From Leucoraja ocellata (lineage: Eukaryota), in the NCBI GenBank assembly GCA_036785375.1, contig JAWMAR010000015.1, positions 1,798,001-1,862,000 of the forward strand: a stretch of 64,000 nucleotides of DNA, written 5' to 3'. Of this stretch, positions 50,782 through 63,540 are shown in pieces. Numbering within the stretch: position 1 is the first letter of the stretch; each line of letters opens with the position of its first letter. The translations under genes were made by a program, and so were the position numbers. The notes beneath the pieces are model-generated. The model was given only the letters and a program-made list of their open reading frames with translations. It ran no database searches and had not been told where the DNA came from.

Positions 50782-53014
50782 TACATACTGTGCATGATCA
50801 CACATGAGCAAGCTGTTGCATTGCATTGTACGATCGGTACCCACAACTGTCTGCACCTCCCAAGACAGAACGAGGAACTGTAAAGTTTGCCTGCAAAGAA
50901 AGATGCATTCCCTCATCACCAGAGGATTCTTACGGTCTAGACTGCAGCAAAGCAAAGGTCGGCTGGGGACTCTCTGCAAACGTCGCCTATCAGAGGCTCG
51001 TTGGATGTCTGCTTATCTTTGTACATGGGGATGCTTCAGCTTAATGGGGAAAACCAAGCCAAGCATTCCGGTTGCCACTTATCTTTCTGCCGTCTGAAAG
51101 GTCTCTCATCAGCTATCAGTGGCAGACGAACACTTCCTAAATAGGTGTGTCGTTCCCCCCCCCCCCACTGGGGAGAAGGGCTTGCTTGCGGTGTCATGCA
51201 AATGACTGCATTTATCAAGGCGGCTTTTGTTGGTTCATTCAATGTGCTCCTTATCTAGCCTTTACCAAAAGCCTGCTCCCTGCACGGGGTGCCGGGGAGG
51301 TGTGTTCACGGCGGCATGAGCCACTGTTAAGCAGACTCTTATCAGGCCGAGCAGAGTGCAGAGTCCCGGCGCATCTCCCATTGTCATCCACAGGCCCATT
51401 GTGGGCACTGGGCTCTTTGTTCTCATTCACGGGCCAGTTCTTTCTGAGCGTAAGAGCCCTGGGCCAGGTCATATCCCACCTTGGGGGGGGGGGGAGCCGT
51501 TGCTGATGGGAAAAAATGACACTCGCGTGCTTTGCCAATTTTTTTTTTCTTGTGCTGTCATTCCGGAAGGGGGGGCAGAGGTGGGGGTGGGGGTGGGGGG
51601 GGGGGGAGAGAGAATGAGCCAGACATTACCTATTGCGTAACCGGGATGTTTTGAAATGTCAGCTCCGATATTAAAGGCCGATATCTCGACAGGTCAGGAT
51701 GACTGATGATGGGAAGCGAGAGGAGTGGGTGATGAATAGGAGAGGAAAACACAAAATTCAACGAGGCGGGAGGCGGAACACCTCGGTGGGCAGCCACAGG
51801 AAAGGGACTACTGTGGCCGTGTGCTGGAACACTAATTGAATTAATCAAAGGGAATTATTTCCTTTAATTCCTCATTTCACATCGAAGGCCAGCTTTAATT
51901 ACTGGGCAGTTAAATCCACTTAACCCGAGGAAAACAAAGGACTCATTACTGCAGCTAATTAAGAAGGAATAACGTGAGCTGTGGATATGCTCAAGCTCCC
52001 TAGTCCTCCCATCTCCCTAGGAGGTGTGTATTTACTCTGTGGGATGGAGCGCTCCACAGGCCCAGGTTTATAGTTCTGGCGGCCTGGAGCTGGTCACGGG
52101 TGAACAAGAGTCAAGAGGGTTTTATTGTCGAAACAGAAGAAAATGGTCACTCCCTCTTCTCTCCTCTCCCATCGGACTAAAGGTACAAAAGGTACCTCCA
52201 GATTCAGGGGCAGTTCCTTCCAAGGCAACTAAATCTGAAGGGCCTGTCTCCATGTTGTGTATCTCACTGAGTCTTAGACTCTATGACACCACCATACAGT
52301 GACATTCTTCCTGTCTTCTTTTCTATAAAGATCCCCACAATAAAAAGACAAAACTGCTTTGAATGTGCATGACCTCCTTCACCATTCCAGCTATTTTTAA
52401 TTGACGCAGGAAATAATTTCGAATTACATTTTAGAGAAATTAGCTGGTGTGGGTTAGGACTGTGATGGGGGGGGGGGGGGGAGCGGGGGGGGGGGGGGGG
52501 GGTAGTAAGGGTGAGGATGTTGCGGAATTGGTGCGAAAAAAATTAAGGAATGCTTTTTGAAAGAATAAAATCCTCTTTGCTGAAAGGCACAGTGATTAGT
52601 GCCATTTCAGTTCAATTGCTTTGATGTAGAGGCAAAAAGGCTTTTTGAGAGGCTTCATCACCACTGCACTAGGATGTAATGAAGTGGAACTATGATCACA
52701 CACGTTATTGCCGATCTAGATGATAGACATTAGCAGATTTTGCATTTTTTCCCCCAGATAATTTTTAATTGGTTATAGAGTTTTCTTCAAAAGGCACTGA
52801 TTTGACTAGCAGCCTCAATGTAGCTACTTTGCGCTGAATGACTTCCTTCAGAGGTCTAAAACAAAGATCAAATGGCGTCAGGGGAGAATTATCATCTTTT
52901 AAACAGAGCTCGCCAGACTGCTAGATGTTAAAGGAGTCAAGGAATACGGGGACAATGCCGGGAAACAAATGGTTTCTTCAATGACCATTTAAGATAATAC
53001 AAAGGAATTGAATA

Positions 53015-53186
53015 AACACAAAGTTCTGGAATGACTCAATGGGTCAGGCAGCATCTCAGAGGAAAAAGGATCCGTACCATTTTGAGTGGGGTCTCGAAGG
53101 GTCCTGACCCGAAACATCACCCATCCTATTTCTCCAGGGCGGCTGCCTGACCCGATGAGTTACTCCAGCACTTTGTGTCCATCTTC
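53015..53186. mobile_element. Palindromic Penelope-like short repeat
   Basis: acacaaagttctgga...ggcagcatc is inverted to gctgcctgaccc...cactttgtgt; contains gaagggtcctgacccgaaacatc. Confidence 0.65.
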
Positions 53187-53974
53187 CCACAAGTAGAGCA
53201 TCACGGACACTTGACCAAGTGTACGTGGGACCCTCCGGTCAGCGGTCAGCTTCTAACTGGGGCCATTTCATACCAGGTGGATCAAAGTACCAGAGCTCCA
53301 TCATCAAGTCCCTTCAATGGATAGATGTTATGCCCGGAGTAGTGACCAGTTGGTGTTTCAATGAATAACGCATCTAGCACCCACTGCCCATACCCCTGTG
53401 TCTACAAAATGTGTTAAAATTTTGTGAAGAATAAACCACTTTGCATTTACGGAGACTGGGGTTTCTGGAGACCACAGGGGCTGAGGTAGAGGGCTACAAG
53501 ACTTTAAAGTACTACTTCAATAGGAGCTGCATGTTAGGGTCAACATCTCTGCATGCCTGACAATGTAGTCATGTGGTGAGACAATTATCAACAGTATTCT
53601 TGGTTCACACAGGTAGACCATACATAGTGTGAATACCTAGTCTGATAATGCCAGTTAGTCTGTGCAGTTGGGGCAAAGCTTCCTGCCACACACCACCATG
53701 GAACCCACTGCAACCTTTGGTTTGCAAAGGCCTGTAACTGCTCGGGCATTGATCAGGTCACATACAGACTGGATCCGCAACTGGGCATGGCATTGTTGTG
53801 TGTGTCCACTTCCAGCGATGATCTGATGGGCAGTGTTTATGCTTTGGATTCTGGCACTGTTCTCACTTCACATGGACCTTCACATTCTCACTGCACAGGA
53901 ACAAATCCTTCATTTGTCAACCAGCCTTTTGTCAAAGTCCATGGAGACATCGGTGGCTGGACATTTCAGAGGTC

Positions 53975-54200
53975 GTAAGGTCGTAAGAGTAGAAATAGGC
54001 CATTCGGCCCATCAAGTCCACTCCGCCATTCAATCATGACTGATCCATCTCTCCCTCCTAACCTCATTCTCCTGCCTTCTCCCCATACCCTCCGACACCC
54101 GTATCGATCGAGAATCTATCTAACTCTGCCTTAAAAATATTAACTGGCTGCCCCCACAGCCATCTGTGACAAAGAATTCCACAAATTCACCACCTCTGAC
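53975..54200 (-). mobile_element. CR1/HER1 3' fragment
   Basis: Same family as 575-925. Confidence 0.8.
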
Positions 54201-54379
54201 TCAGTGCAGCAAAATCGCGCAAAGGAAAAAAGATCAGCCATAATCTTATGGAGGATGGAACTGCAGATGCTGGTTTACACCAAAGTTAGACACAAAATGC
54301 TGGAGTTACTCAGCGGGTCAGGCAGCATGTCTGGAGAAAAAGAGTACGTGATGCTTGATGTTTTTGGGTCAGAATCATT

Positions 54380-54592
54380 CATCAGACTAGGGGCAATTTT
54401 ACAATTTTACCAAAGCCAAATACCCTGCTGTCTGTATTAACTGCACGTCTTTGGAATATGGGAGGAAACCAGAGCACACGGAGAAAACCCACGTGGTCAC
54501 GGGGAGATTTTACAGACTCCGTACAGATAGCACCCATAGTCAGGATCGAACCTGGGTCTCTGGCGCTGTGAGGCAGCAACTCTACCGCTGCG
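54380..54592 (-). mobile_element. V-SINE
   Basis: Head, B-box and V-domain. Confidence 0.8.
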
Positions 54593-57074
54593 GTGGTTTA
54601 TCTACTACTGATAATGGGGATAGGTTTCCTGCAGTCTCTCCTCTCTCTGCCCCTCATGATTGTTATGCATCGGAGCATACCTGCTCCTGCTTTTCATTCC
54701 ACTTTCTTAAATCCTTTAAGAATCTAAAATTCCCAATCCTCAAAATGTATTTCTTGTCTTAACGAGGATACGTGGTCTAATCCGAGTACATTTGGCTCTG
54801 CCAGGGGCATTGGGCGCTTGACCAAAAAGCCCGTCCTCATTAGGCTTCCCTCAGGTTGCAAGGTGAACGCGCTGGGTTAAGTAAACCGCGTAATGAGGTC
54901 TTGCTGGGCTGTGGAACAGGGGACTGACTGCTAGCACTAGCTGTTGCTGATATATTAGCCGGGATCTCGTTCAGCATTGCACCAGTCATTAGTGTCACTA
55001 TTTAATTGACATATTGAAAAGGAGGAAACAAACATTCTTCCTAATAAAGACTGATGGAGCAATAATTAAAAGATGATGTTCCAGAATAGAATCTGCGAGC
55101 AGTGTAGCACAGGAGGCTTGGCCCATTGTGTCTCTGCCGATTCTTTCAAAGAACTATTCTGTTAATCACTCTTTCCCCACTCTCCTGCAAGTGATTTATT
55201 CAATGTGCGTTTGAGAGCTTCAACTGGATGTTTCCTCTACATTGCCAGCAAGTGTATTCCAAATCCTAAACATTCATTACTGCGCATCGAGTTTGTTTTT
55301 AGTCAATTAACTTGAATCTTTGCACTCTGGTTACTGACCTGATAGTTTGTGGGGATGTCATCAATCAATTTGGCAGTCATCTTGCGCTTTTTAGCCTCCT
55401 CTAAGGATCTCCATCTAGGGAGAGGTTGGGGGACTCTATTCCTTAGAGCGCAGGAGGATGAGGAAGGATCTTATAGAGGTGTATAAAATCAAGAGAGGGA
55501 TAGATCAGGTATGGTGATGTGTGTATGGAACGAGCTGCTGGAGGAGGTAGTTGAGGCAGGTACTATCGCAACGTTTATGAAACATTTGGATAGGTACATG
55601 TAAGGGACAGGTTTAGAGGGATATGGCCAATGCAGGCAGGTGGGACTAGTATAGATGGGAGTTGGTCAGTATGGGCCGAAGGGGCTGTTTCCACACTGCA
55701 AGATGCTATGTCACTTGTCTTACTGCTCAAATTGTTGCAACACAGAGAATTCTTGAAAGGTGCATTTTCACTGCACCACTTTACTGCAGGTCTCTTTCTG
55801 CATCTTTGGCTGGATCCCACTGCCAGTAATTCCACCCTGCACTGATCAGCAGCCAGCAAGGACAAAGCCAGAAGGGGCTTTACATGTGTATCCCGAGCTC
55901 TGTTGTAGACCCTAGCACTCAAAACCTGGGGCTCAGATGAAGAAGTTGGTGCATCTTCCTCAGTGACCCTTTGCTTTTAGACTTTAGAGATACAGCGTGG
56001 AAACAGGCGTGATGATGAACACAAATTGCTGGAGTAACTCAGCGGGTCGGGCAGCCTCCATGGACAAAATGGATGGGTGATGTGACTGAAGAAACTTTCT
56101 TCAGAAACAGGCCCTTCGACCCACCGAGTCCGTGCCGACCAGTGATCATTCCGTACACGAGCATTATCCTACATTTACAGATGCCAATGTACCTGTAACC
56201 CTGTACGTCTTTGGAATGATGGAGGAGACCGGAGAAAAACACTGGTCACAGGAAGAATGTACAAATTTTATAGAGACAGTACCCGTAGCCAAGATTGACC
56301 CTGGGTTACTGCCGTTGTAAGGCAGCAACTCTACCGCTGCGCCACTGTGATGCCCCAGGACAGGACACATAGGGATCGGCCTCAGGAGGGGGAGATGCAA
56401 ACCAAATGTTCTCCTTTCTCTTTAAGACCAGGACCATAATGTTGGGGACTGGATGTTTTAGGGAAAGCCAGCTTGTTCTGAACATAGCCCTAAATGTCAG
56501 CATTTATTTTTTGATACCAAATTGAACATTTAAGGGGTTTGATTCTCTCCAGCTTTGTACAGGAGATGAAGTGGGCCACTTTTCACATCCTCAGAGTTTC
56601 CTGAAGCTCGTAATCTCATCCATTAATTGCATAAACTACTGAAGAAAACAGGCAGGAACGTATAAGCAGCAGCGATGTGGCAAAGGCTGGATATTCCTAC
56701 TGTTTTTTTATGCGAGGGATATGAGAGTTAAGGAACAAAGAGTGGCTGAGGCACTAGGGAGAAATCCCTCTTTAATCAGAGGCAATGCGCGGTGAGTTAA
56801 ATACCATGTTAAAATATGTGCGCATCCCAAGTGCTCTAAGAACAAAACTGTCTGAAATGAAACCCGTGTCACCCTGAGTTCTTCTGACAAGGAGACAAAA
56901 TTTACAAGTGATTTACTAACGTATAATTGACTAGCAGCTGCAAGAGGCTGGATTCCCATTGGGACAACATCAACAACAGGGACACACCATAGTTAGCCAT
57001 CGAGCAGCACAACCCTGCATGTCCCATGGGCAAAGCCTCAAGAGGAACTGAAGGATACTGAATAACTGTGCGAC

Positions 57075-57335
57075 CCAGTGGCACAGAGGTAGAGTTGCTG
57101 CCTTACAGCGCCAGAGACCCGGGTTCAATCCTGACGACGGGTGTTGTCTGTATGGAGTTTGTACATTCTCCCTGTGACTGCGTGGGTTTTCTGCGGGTGT
57201 AAACTGTAGACTGTAAACTGCCCTGAGTGTTAAGGATGGAAAAGTGGGATGACATAGACCTGGTGTGAACAGGTGATCGATGGTCGGCGTGGACTCGGTG
57301 GGCAGAATGGCAGTTTCCAGGCTTTATCTCTGAAA
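57075..57335 (+). mobile_element. V-SINE
   Basis: gtggcacagaggtagagttgctgccttacagcgccagagacccgggttcaatcc head. Confidence 0.8.
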
Positions 57336-57609
57336 ACCAAAAATCTGATTGCGGGTACTGCACGAACCAAGCAGATTGTTCTCACAATGCAAGAATTTGA
57401 CTACCCTGCACTAGTTTGTTGTTTCTATGCATTGTTAAATTTGTTCACCTGGCTGGTCACCTGCATGGAGACATAACACTGTCTTGGTTCTTGCATGGGT
57501 TGAAATCTGTCCCTATCTATACATGCAGGAGCAATGGCAGATCTCAATGTCAATATAACACACAAAATGCTGGAGTGATTCGCGACCAACCTGAAATGTC
57601 ACCCGAGTT

Positions 57610-57790
57610 TGAAGAAGGGTCCCAATCAGACACATCATATATCTCGGTCTGAAGGTGGGTCCCAACCTGAAACATCATATATCTCGGTCTGAAGGTGGGT
57701 CCCAACCTGAAACATCATATATCTCGGTCTGATGGTGGGTCCCAACCTGAAACATCACCCATCACGTCTGAAGAAAGGTCCCAACCCAAA
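57610..57790 (+). repeat. 40-bp tandem repeat (3 near-perfect units plus decayed flanking units) of the hammerhead-sized segment of the Penelope-like repeat
   Basis: Unit acatcatatatctcggtctgaaggtgggtcccaacctgaa starts at 57632, 57672 and 57712. Confidence 0.9.
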
Positions 57791-59504
57791 AGGTCTCCTA
57801 TCCATATTCTCCAGAGATGCAGCTTGACCCCCTGAGTTACACCAGCACTTTGTGTCTTTCTTAATAAACCAGCAACTGCAGTTCCTTGTCTCAGTGGCAA
57901 TATAGTTTAGAGGTACAGTATGGAAACAGGCCCTTCGGCCCACCGAGTCCGCGCCGCCCATCGATCTCCCATGCACACTAGTTCTATGTTATCCCACTTT
58001 TGCACAGGTCTATGTTATCCCACAGAGGCCATTAACCGACAGACCAAGAAGATAGACCAGGAAATTGGCCGTGAGACTTCATGAGGCTTGTAGTAGGTAA
58101 GAGCCGGAAAGTGGAAGAGAAAATCTTACACATTTAACAGCAAGCAATGTTTGAGTTTATCATTGCAGGAAAAGGCATGAATGTTAAATTTCTAGGCATC
58201 CCTTTGATATTTTATAGACGGGTTGGCATGGGCTCAACACTTTATAAACTAAATGATAAATTATTCATAAATGAATCAGCGCGAACATAACTTTTTATAG
58301 ACCAATCAGTGGGGATGTTACATTTAAGAGGCATAAATCCAATTATTTTATAGAGCTGGTTTTTAATCCATAATAGACCAATCATCGGGAGTTTAATCTT
58401 TTATGGATCACTCCGCACGATAAACTCTCTTTTCAGGCTGGCGCGAGACTTGTAAATCTTAACTTTAAATGTTATTTCGATAGTAAAATGAACTTGCAGC
58501 TTAACCTTCTATTCCGACTGGTTTGATATGGGAAGTGCATCATTCAAGCAAAATGCAATGAGGCAGATAGATGGATGGGTACATTCAGTGCGTGTAGTCT
58601 GAGGATATAAAGCATTCCCTGTGGCATAAATGGAAAATAGACAAGGCATGCGACTGTTCCACAATAGCTCAGGCAACTGCGGATCGCCGAAGGTTGCCGC
58701 CTGCCAGTGTTTCCTTCCCACTCACAAGTGAAGCCACATTTGCAGGGCTGATTTGCCCACGTTAGATGTTAGGCGGTGTTCTCACCGTCGAGATTAGGCC
58801 TGGGGAGGAGAGGTCATGACACCAGGAGTCGCCGGCACTTCACAAATCTTTGCCGTAACCGGAGAAGAGGGAGAGCCGGCGACAGAAAGGCGAGATTATC
58901 TTTTTTTGATTTGATCGATTGATGGCGGGCAAAATTCGGCCTGGCGGGCAAGTTCAGAAGCCTTAGATCAACGTGTCTGAACAATGGGCCATCTTGGCTG
59001 TTCAAAACGGATGGGAAATATTTCACAGGTGACAGTGAGTTATGGAGATAATTTCATCAGAAGAAGAATATTTTGGATAAACACCAAAAGCCGTAGTAAA
59101 TCAGTGGGTCAGGCAGCATCTCTGGAGAAAAGGAATAGGTGATGTTTCGGGCCTCGTTCCTTCGTCTCCAGAGATGCTGCCTGACCTGCTGAGTTGCTCC
59201 AGATCTTTGTGTCTATCTTCGGGGTAAATCAGCACTTGCAGTTTCTTCCTACACAAAGAATATTTTGGATGGGTTTACCATGTGAGTAATACTGAATTAT
59301 CAGTTCCCAACAACCATTGAACACTACAAATACCAACTAAACTTCGAACTACGAACTTTGTCTTGGTTGCACCAGGGACTTTGGGCTTTTGTTTTGTTTT
59401 GCACTACTATTGTTTATTTTTATTTGTTTAACTTTTTTGTCTGTTTTATTATTATATCTCTCGAGTACTATGTTTACAGGCCTATTATGCTGCTGCAAGT
59501 AAGG

Positions 59505-59815
59505 ATTTAGTTTAGTTTAGAGGTAGGGTGCAGAAACAAGCCCTTAAGCCCACTAAGTCCGCGCCGACCAGCGATCCCCGCACACTAACACTCTCCTACA
59601 TACACTAGGGACTATTTACAATTATACCAAGCCAATTAGCCTATAAACCTGCACGTCTTTGGAGCATGGGAGGAAACCGAAGATCCCAGAGAAAACCCAC
59701 ACAGGTGACGGGGAGAAGGTACAAACTCCGTACAGACAGCACTCGTAGTCAGGGTTGAACGTGGGTCTCTGGTACTGTAAGGCAGCAACTCTACCGCTGT
59801 ACCACTGTGCTGCCC
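59505..59815 (-). mobile_element. V-SINE, near full length
   Basis: (TTTAG)n tail through to head gtaccactgtgctgccc. Confidence 0.85.
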
Positions 59816-60869
59816 TAAATTCATTGTTCCATTTCAGTACATATAACAATTACACACTCTTGACTGCTCTCAGCTGAAACCCAAGAGATTAAACATTTTG
59901 CCATCCCGGGCTGGTAGGGCAAATATAAGGTTAAAAATAAATACTTCAGCTAATTTATATGGATCCTAAGTTGCTACTACAAAGAAACATTGGCGTTGTG
60001 ATGTGGGTTTGGTCTGTTAAGCTGTGGAAATAGCACCAATAGTTCCCCTTTCCAAACCTGCAAACCATCTAAATTGGAACAGAACAAGCCAGTTGCCCTA
60101 CGGATGGGATTTCTGAGATGATTGTACTAATTGTAATAAAGACTGTGTGGTTTGTGAGGTGGTTGCGGGGATGCCTCGGGGGGATATTGATAGGTGAAAT
60201 GACTGGGCAAGGACATGGCAAATGAAACAGAATGATTGAAAATGGGATGTCACCCACTTTGGTGGAAACAATCCAGAGGGACTGAGTACAGTTTTGAAAA
60301 GAGAGAGAGAGAAAGATATTGCTGTTGATGTCTCCTGGTTGTCCTCATGCAAGAATCACTGGCAACGTACAGACAGTGGAAGTGACAGAGGGGGGACAGT
60401 TTCCTCTTGGTCCTGTGATTTAGCGCGTTGGAGGGAAGCTGTGCAACGTGCCAAGAAGCACTGAGACAGATTTCAGAGTGATGATATATATGGTCTTGCT
60501 TCACCACAATGTGGACTAGTCTGGATTCATGCAATACATGTTATAGAGCCATACTAGAAGGAAACAGCCCTTCAGCCCAACTTGACCACACCGACCAACA
60601 TGTTCCATCTACACTAGTCGCACCAGCCTGTGTTTGGCCCATATCCCTCTACACCTGTCCTACCGATGTACCTGTCTAATGCTTCTTTAATTTTGTGATA
60701 GTACCTGCCTCAACTACCTCCTCCCGCAGCTCCTTCCTGTTGTTTAGAATCACGGGTGCCGTCGGGTGGTGTAAGTAGAACGAGAAAAGACTTCTGCAAG
60801 CAACTGCACACACATACGTACACATAAAACACTAACAATAATAAGGCAAAACCAATCCCTATGTAGTTC

Positions 60870-61090
60870 ACAGCTTATTGGTGATTGGAGGGAAGTAGCT
60901 GTTCCTGAACCTGGATGTTAGAGTTTTCAGGCTCCTGTACCTTCATCCCGATGGCAGGGGTGCAATGAGTGTGTGGCCAGGGTGGTGTGGGTCTCTGATG
61001 ATGCTGGCTGCCTTTTTGAGGCAGCGAATCCTGCAAATCCCTTCGATGTTAGGGAGGTCTGAACCCGTGATGGACTGGGCAGTGTTCAGC
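60870..61090 (-). mobile_element. Rex1/Babar-type LINE ORF C-terminal fragment
   Basis: TAQSITGSDLPNIEGI..RCLKKAASIIRDPHHPGHTL..PLPSG, typical of this clade. Confidence 0.8.
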
Positions 61091-61869
61091 ATCTTGAACA
61101 TCAGTGGTAATATTGCATGCTCCTGACACACTGTGGCAAACCTGACATGTTGCCTTTTCAACCTCCTGCCCTGAGTGGTATCAGGGCTGGACTGGATAGC
61201 ACGTCCTTGCTTTGATTCAAAAGGCATGTGAGCCAACCAAGGCTCACCAGCCAACAAAGGCTCACCAGCCAACCAAGTCTGCGCTGACCAGCAAACCACG
61301 TTCTAGAAACATAGAAAATAGGTGCAGGAGGAGGCCATTCGGCCCTTCGAGCCAGCACCACCATTCATTGTGATCATGTCTGATCTTGCCCTACTCTAGC
61401 ACTATCCTACACACACGAGAGACAATTTATCATTTTACCAAGCCAAATAACCTACAAACCTGCACGTGTGGGAGGAAGAGGTCACCTATTCCTTTCCTCC
61501 AGAGATGCCGCCTGACCCGCTGAGTTCCTCCAGCATTTTGTGTCTATCTTTGGTGTAAACTAGCACCTGCAGTTCTTTGCAACACATTTTATCGGCACCA
61601 ATGAGCTCTTCAATTGACATTCCCGGCATCAAGGCACTGACAATGTTCAGCAGTGGATGGGTCTCATCACTTGTATACCAGACACCTGATGCCTGAAACA
61701 GCCACTCGACTCTGCGTTCCAATGTAGCAGGATACAAGTCCACCACCGAATTTCCGGCACCCTTGGTTCCAGAGCCCCTCTGGATTATCCGATTTGCCGG
61801 ACACACAGAGGTCACGGCCTCCAAGAGAAGTTGAACGGTACTGGAATGGGTCGCCTCGGCTACCACTAG

Positions 61870-62120
61870 TCACAGGCCCCCAGTCTGAACACCAACCTCC
61901 ACCCTCTGTTTCTTATCACAAAGCCAATTCAGTATCCAATTAGCTAGCTCTCCCTGGATCCCATGTGATGTATCCTTCCAGAGCAGCCCACCATGTGGAA
62001 CCTTATCAAAGTCCATATAGACCACATCTATAGCCATGGCCATCTTGGTAACTTCCTCAACCAATTCTATTAAATTTGAGAGATATGATTTCCACACACA
62101 CATAAAACCATGCAAACTAT
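61870..62120 (-). mobile_element. CR1 RT-domain fragment
   Basis: HGF..KSYLSNLIE..EEVTK..IDVVYMDFDKVPHG.LL.K..GIQGELANWI.NWL..KQRV. Confidence 0.85.
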
Positions 62121-62499
62121 CCCTCAGGTGTACAGTGTTTTGAGGAAAGGGCAGGAGAATGGGGTTGAGAGGGAAAGATAGATCAGCCATGATTGAATAG
62201 CGAAATAGACTTGATGGGCCGAATGGCCTAATTCTGCTTCTATCACTTATGAACATCACCTGTCCTTCCGAATCTTATCCTTCAGAATCCTCTCCAATAA
62301 CTTTTCAACCACAGATGTTCGGCTTACTGGTCTATAATTCCCAGTTTTTTATTTGCAGTCCTTAAATAGAGCCTCAACTTACCAGTGTTGATGATCTATG
62401 GAGGTGCAGTTAAAATGAATGGACTCTCTTCCTAAAATAAAAATGTCATCCTCAGTGTTAGCATTCTCCATTCAAACGACTTGATTTATAGATGGTTTT

Positions 62500-62820
62500 A
62501 GATTCTTAAGCATAGCATCAAGGCTGACACACTAGTGTGATGCTGGATTAATCCATCACTATCCTAAATGCTTTTGTTGGGCACGCACTGAATGTAAAGC
62601 ATGTCCATTGATCACTCAATCTACAGAATCCAGGATAAACTTCAAAGAAGAGCAGGGTAAAATCCTCATTGTGTCCTGGCCATTACTTGAGACATGACAG
62701 GCATCATTAAAAGTAAAATAATGATCAAAATGCTGTTTGACAGAATTACTTTTTCTGCTAACTTTCCTTTGTTACTAATGACTACGCTTCAAGTTACTGG
62801 GTGTAACATCACCTGGTAAG
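62500..62820 (+). mobile_element. Highly diverged DeuSINE
   Basis: aggctgacac..ttcaaagaagagcaggg..gtgtcctggcca..tgctgttt..tgactacgcttcaa follows the order of the Deu domain as recalled. Confidence 0.6.
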
Positions 62821-62852
62821 AAAGACACATTGTCGATAAGCAGGCAAAGGTA

Positions 62853-62886
62853 TGTCTGAAGAAGGGTTTCGGCCCGAAACGTTGCC
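62853..62886 (+). ncRNA. Minimal hammerhead motif, variant subfamily
   Basis: CTGAAGA-A-GGGT-TTCG-GCCC-GAAAC-GTT: different stem II and loop sequence with pairing retained. Confidence 0.6.
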
Positions 62887-63259
62887 TTTTTCCTTCGCTC
62901 CATAGATGCTGCTGCACCCGCTGAGTTTCTCCAGCATTATTGTGTACCAGTATCATGTTCTGTCCTGCCAAAGGGTATTTTACTTATGGAACATTTAATC
63001 ACTATTTTACAATTGGAAACAATTTCCATATATCGTAATGGGCTGATACCCAGATTACCTGTTTCAGTAGCATTAATCTGAGGATAAATATGATACATGG
63101 GGTAAGTTCATAGGCTCATAAGTAATAGGAGCAGAATTAGAGACAATTGGGCCCATCAAGTCTACTCTACCATTCAATTAAGGTTGATTGACTTTTGCTC
63201 TCAGTCAAAGAGCAAAGACCTTGTCAGGATCCAACCCGGGTCTCTGGTGCTATAAGGTA

Positions 63260-63540
63260 GGTGGTGCAGCGGTAGAGTTGCTGCCTTACAGCGCCAGAGA
63301 CCAGGGTTGAATCCTGACTACGGGTGCTGTCTACAGATTTTGTACGTTCTCTCTGTGACCGCGTGGGTTTCCTCCGGGTGCTCTGGTCTCCTCCCACATT
63401 CAAAAGACATACAGGTTTGTAGGTTAATTCGGCTTAGGGTGAAAATTGTAAATTGTCCCTAGCATGTAGGACAATGCTAGTACACGGCGCAGCCTTGGTA
63501 GGCCGAAGGGCCTGTTTACGTGCTGTCTCTAAACTAAACC
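63260..63540 (+). mobile_element. V-SINE
   Basis: ggtggtgcagcggtagagttgctgcc head through to ctctaaactaaac tail. Confidence 0.85.

Noticed and set aside
57610-57790. CRISPR-like regular repeats
   Set aside because: No unique spacers, eukaryotic context, and the unit derives from a local repeat family.
61230-61276. 18-bp tandem repeat giving LAGEP peptide repeats
   Set aside because: Short local duplication at a decayed SINE tail; the ORF is a chimera of repeats.
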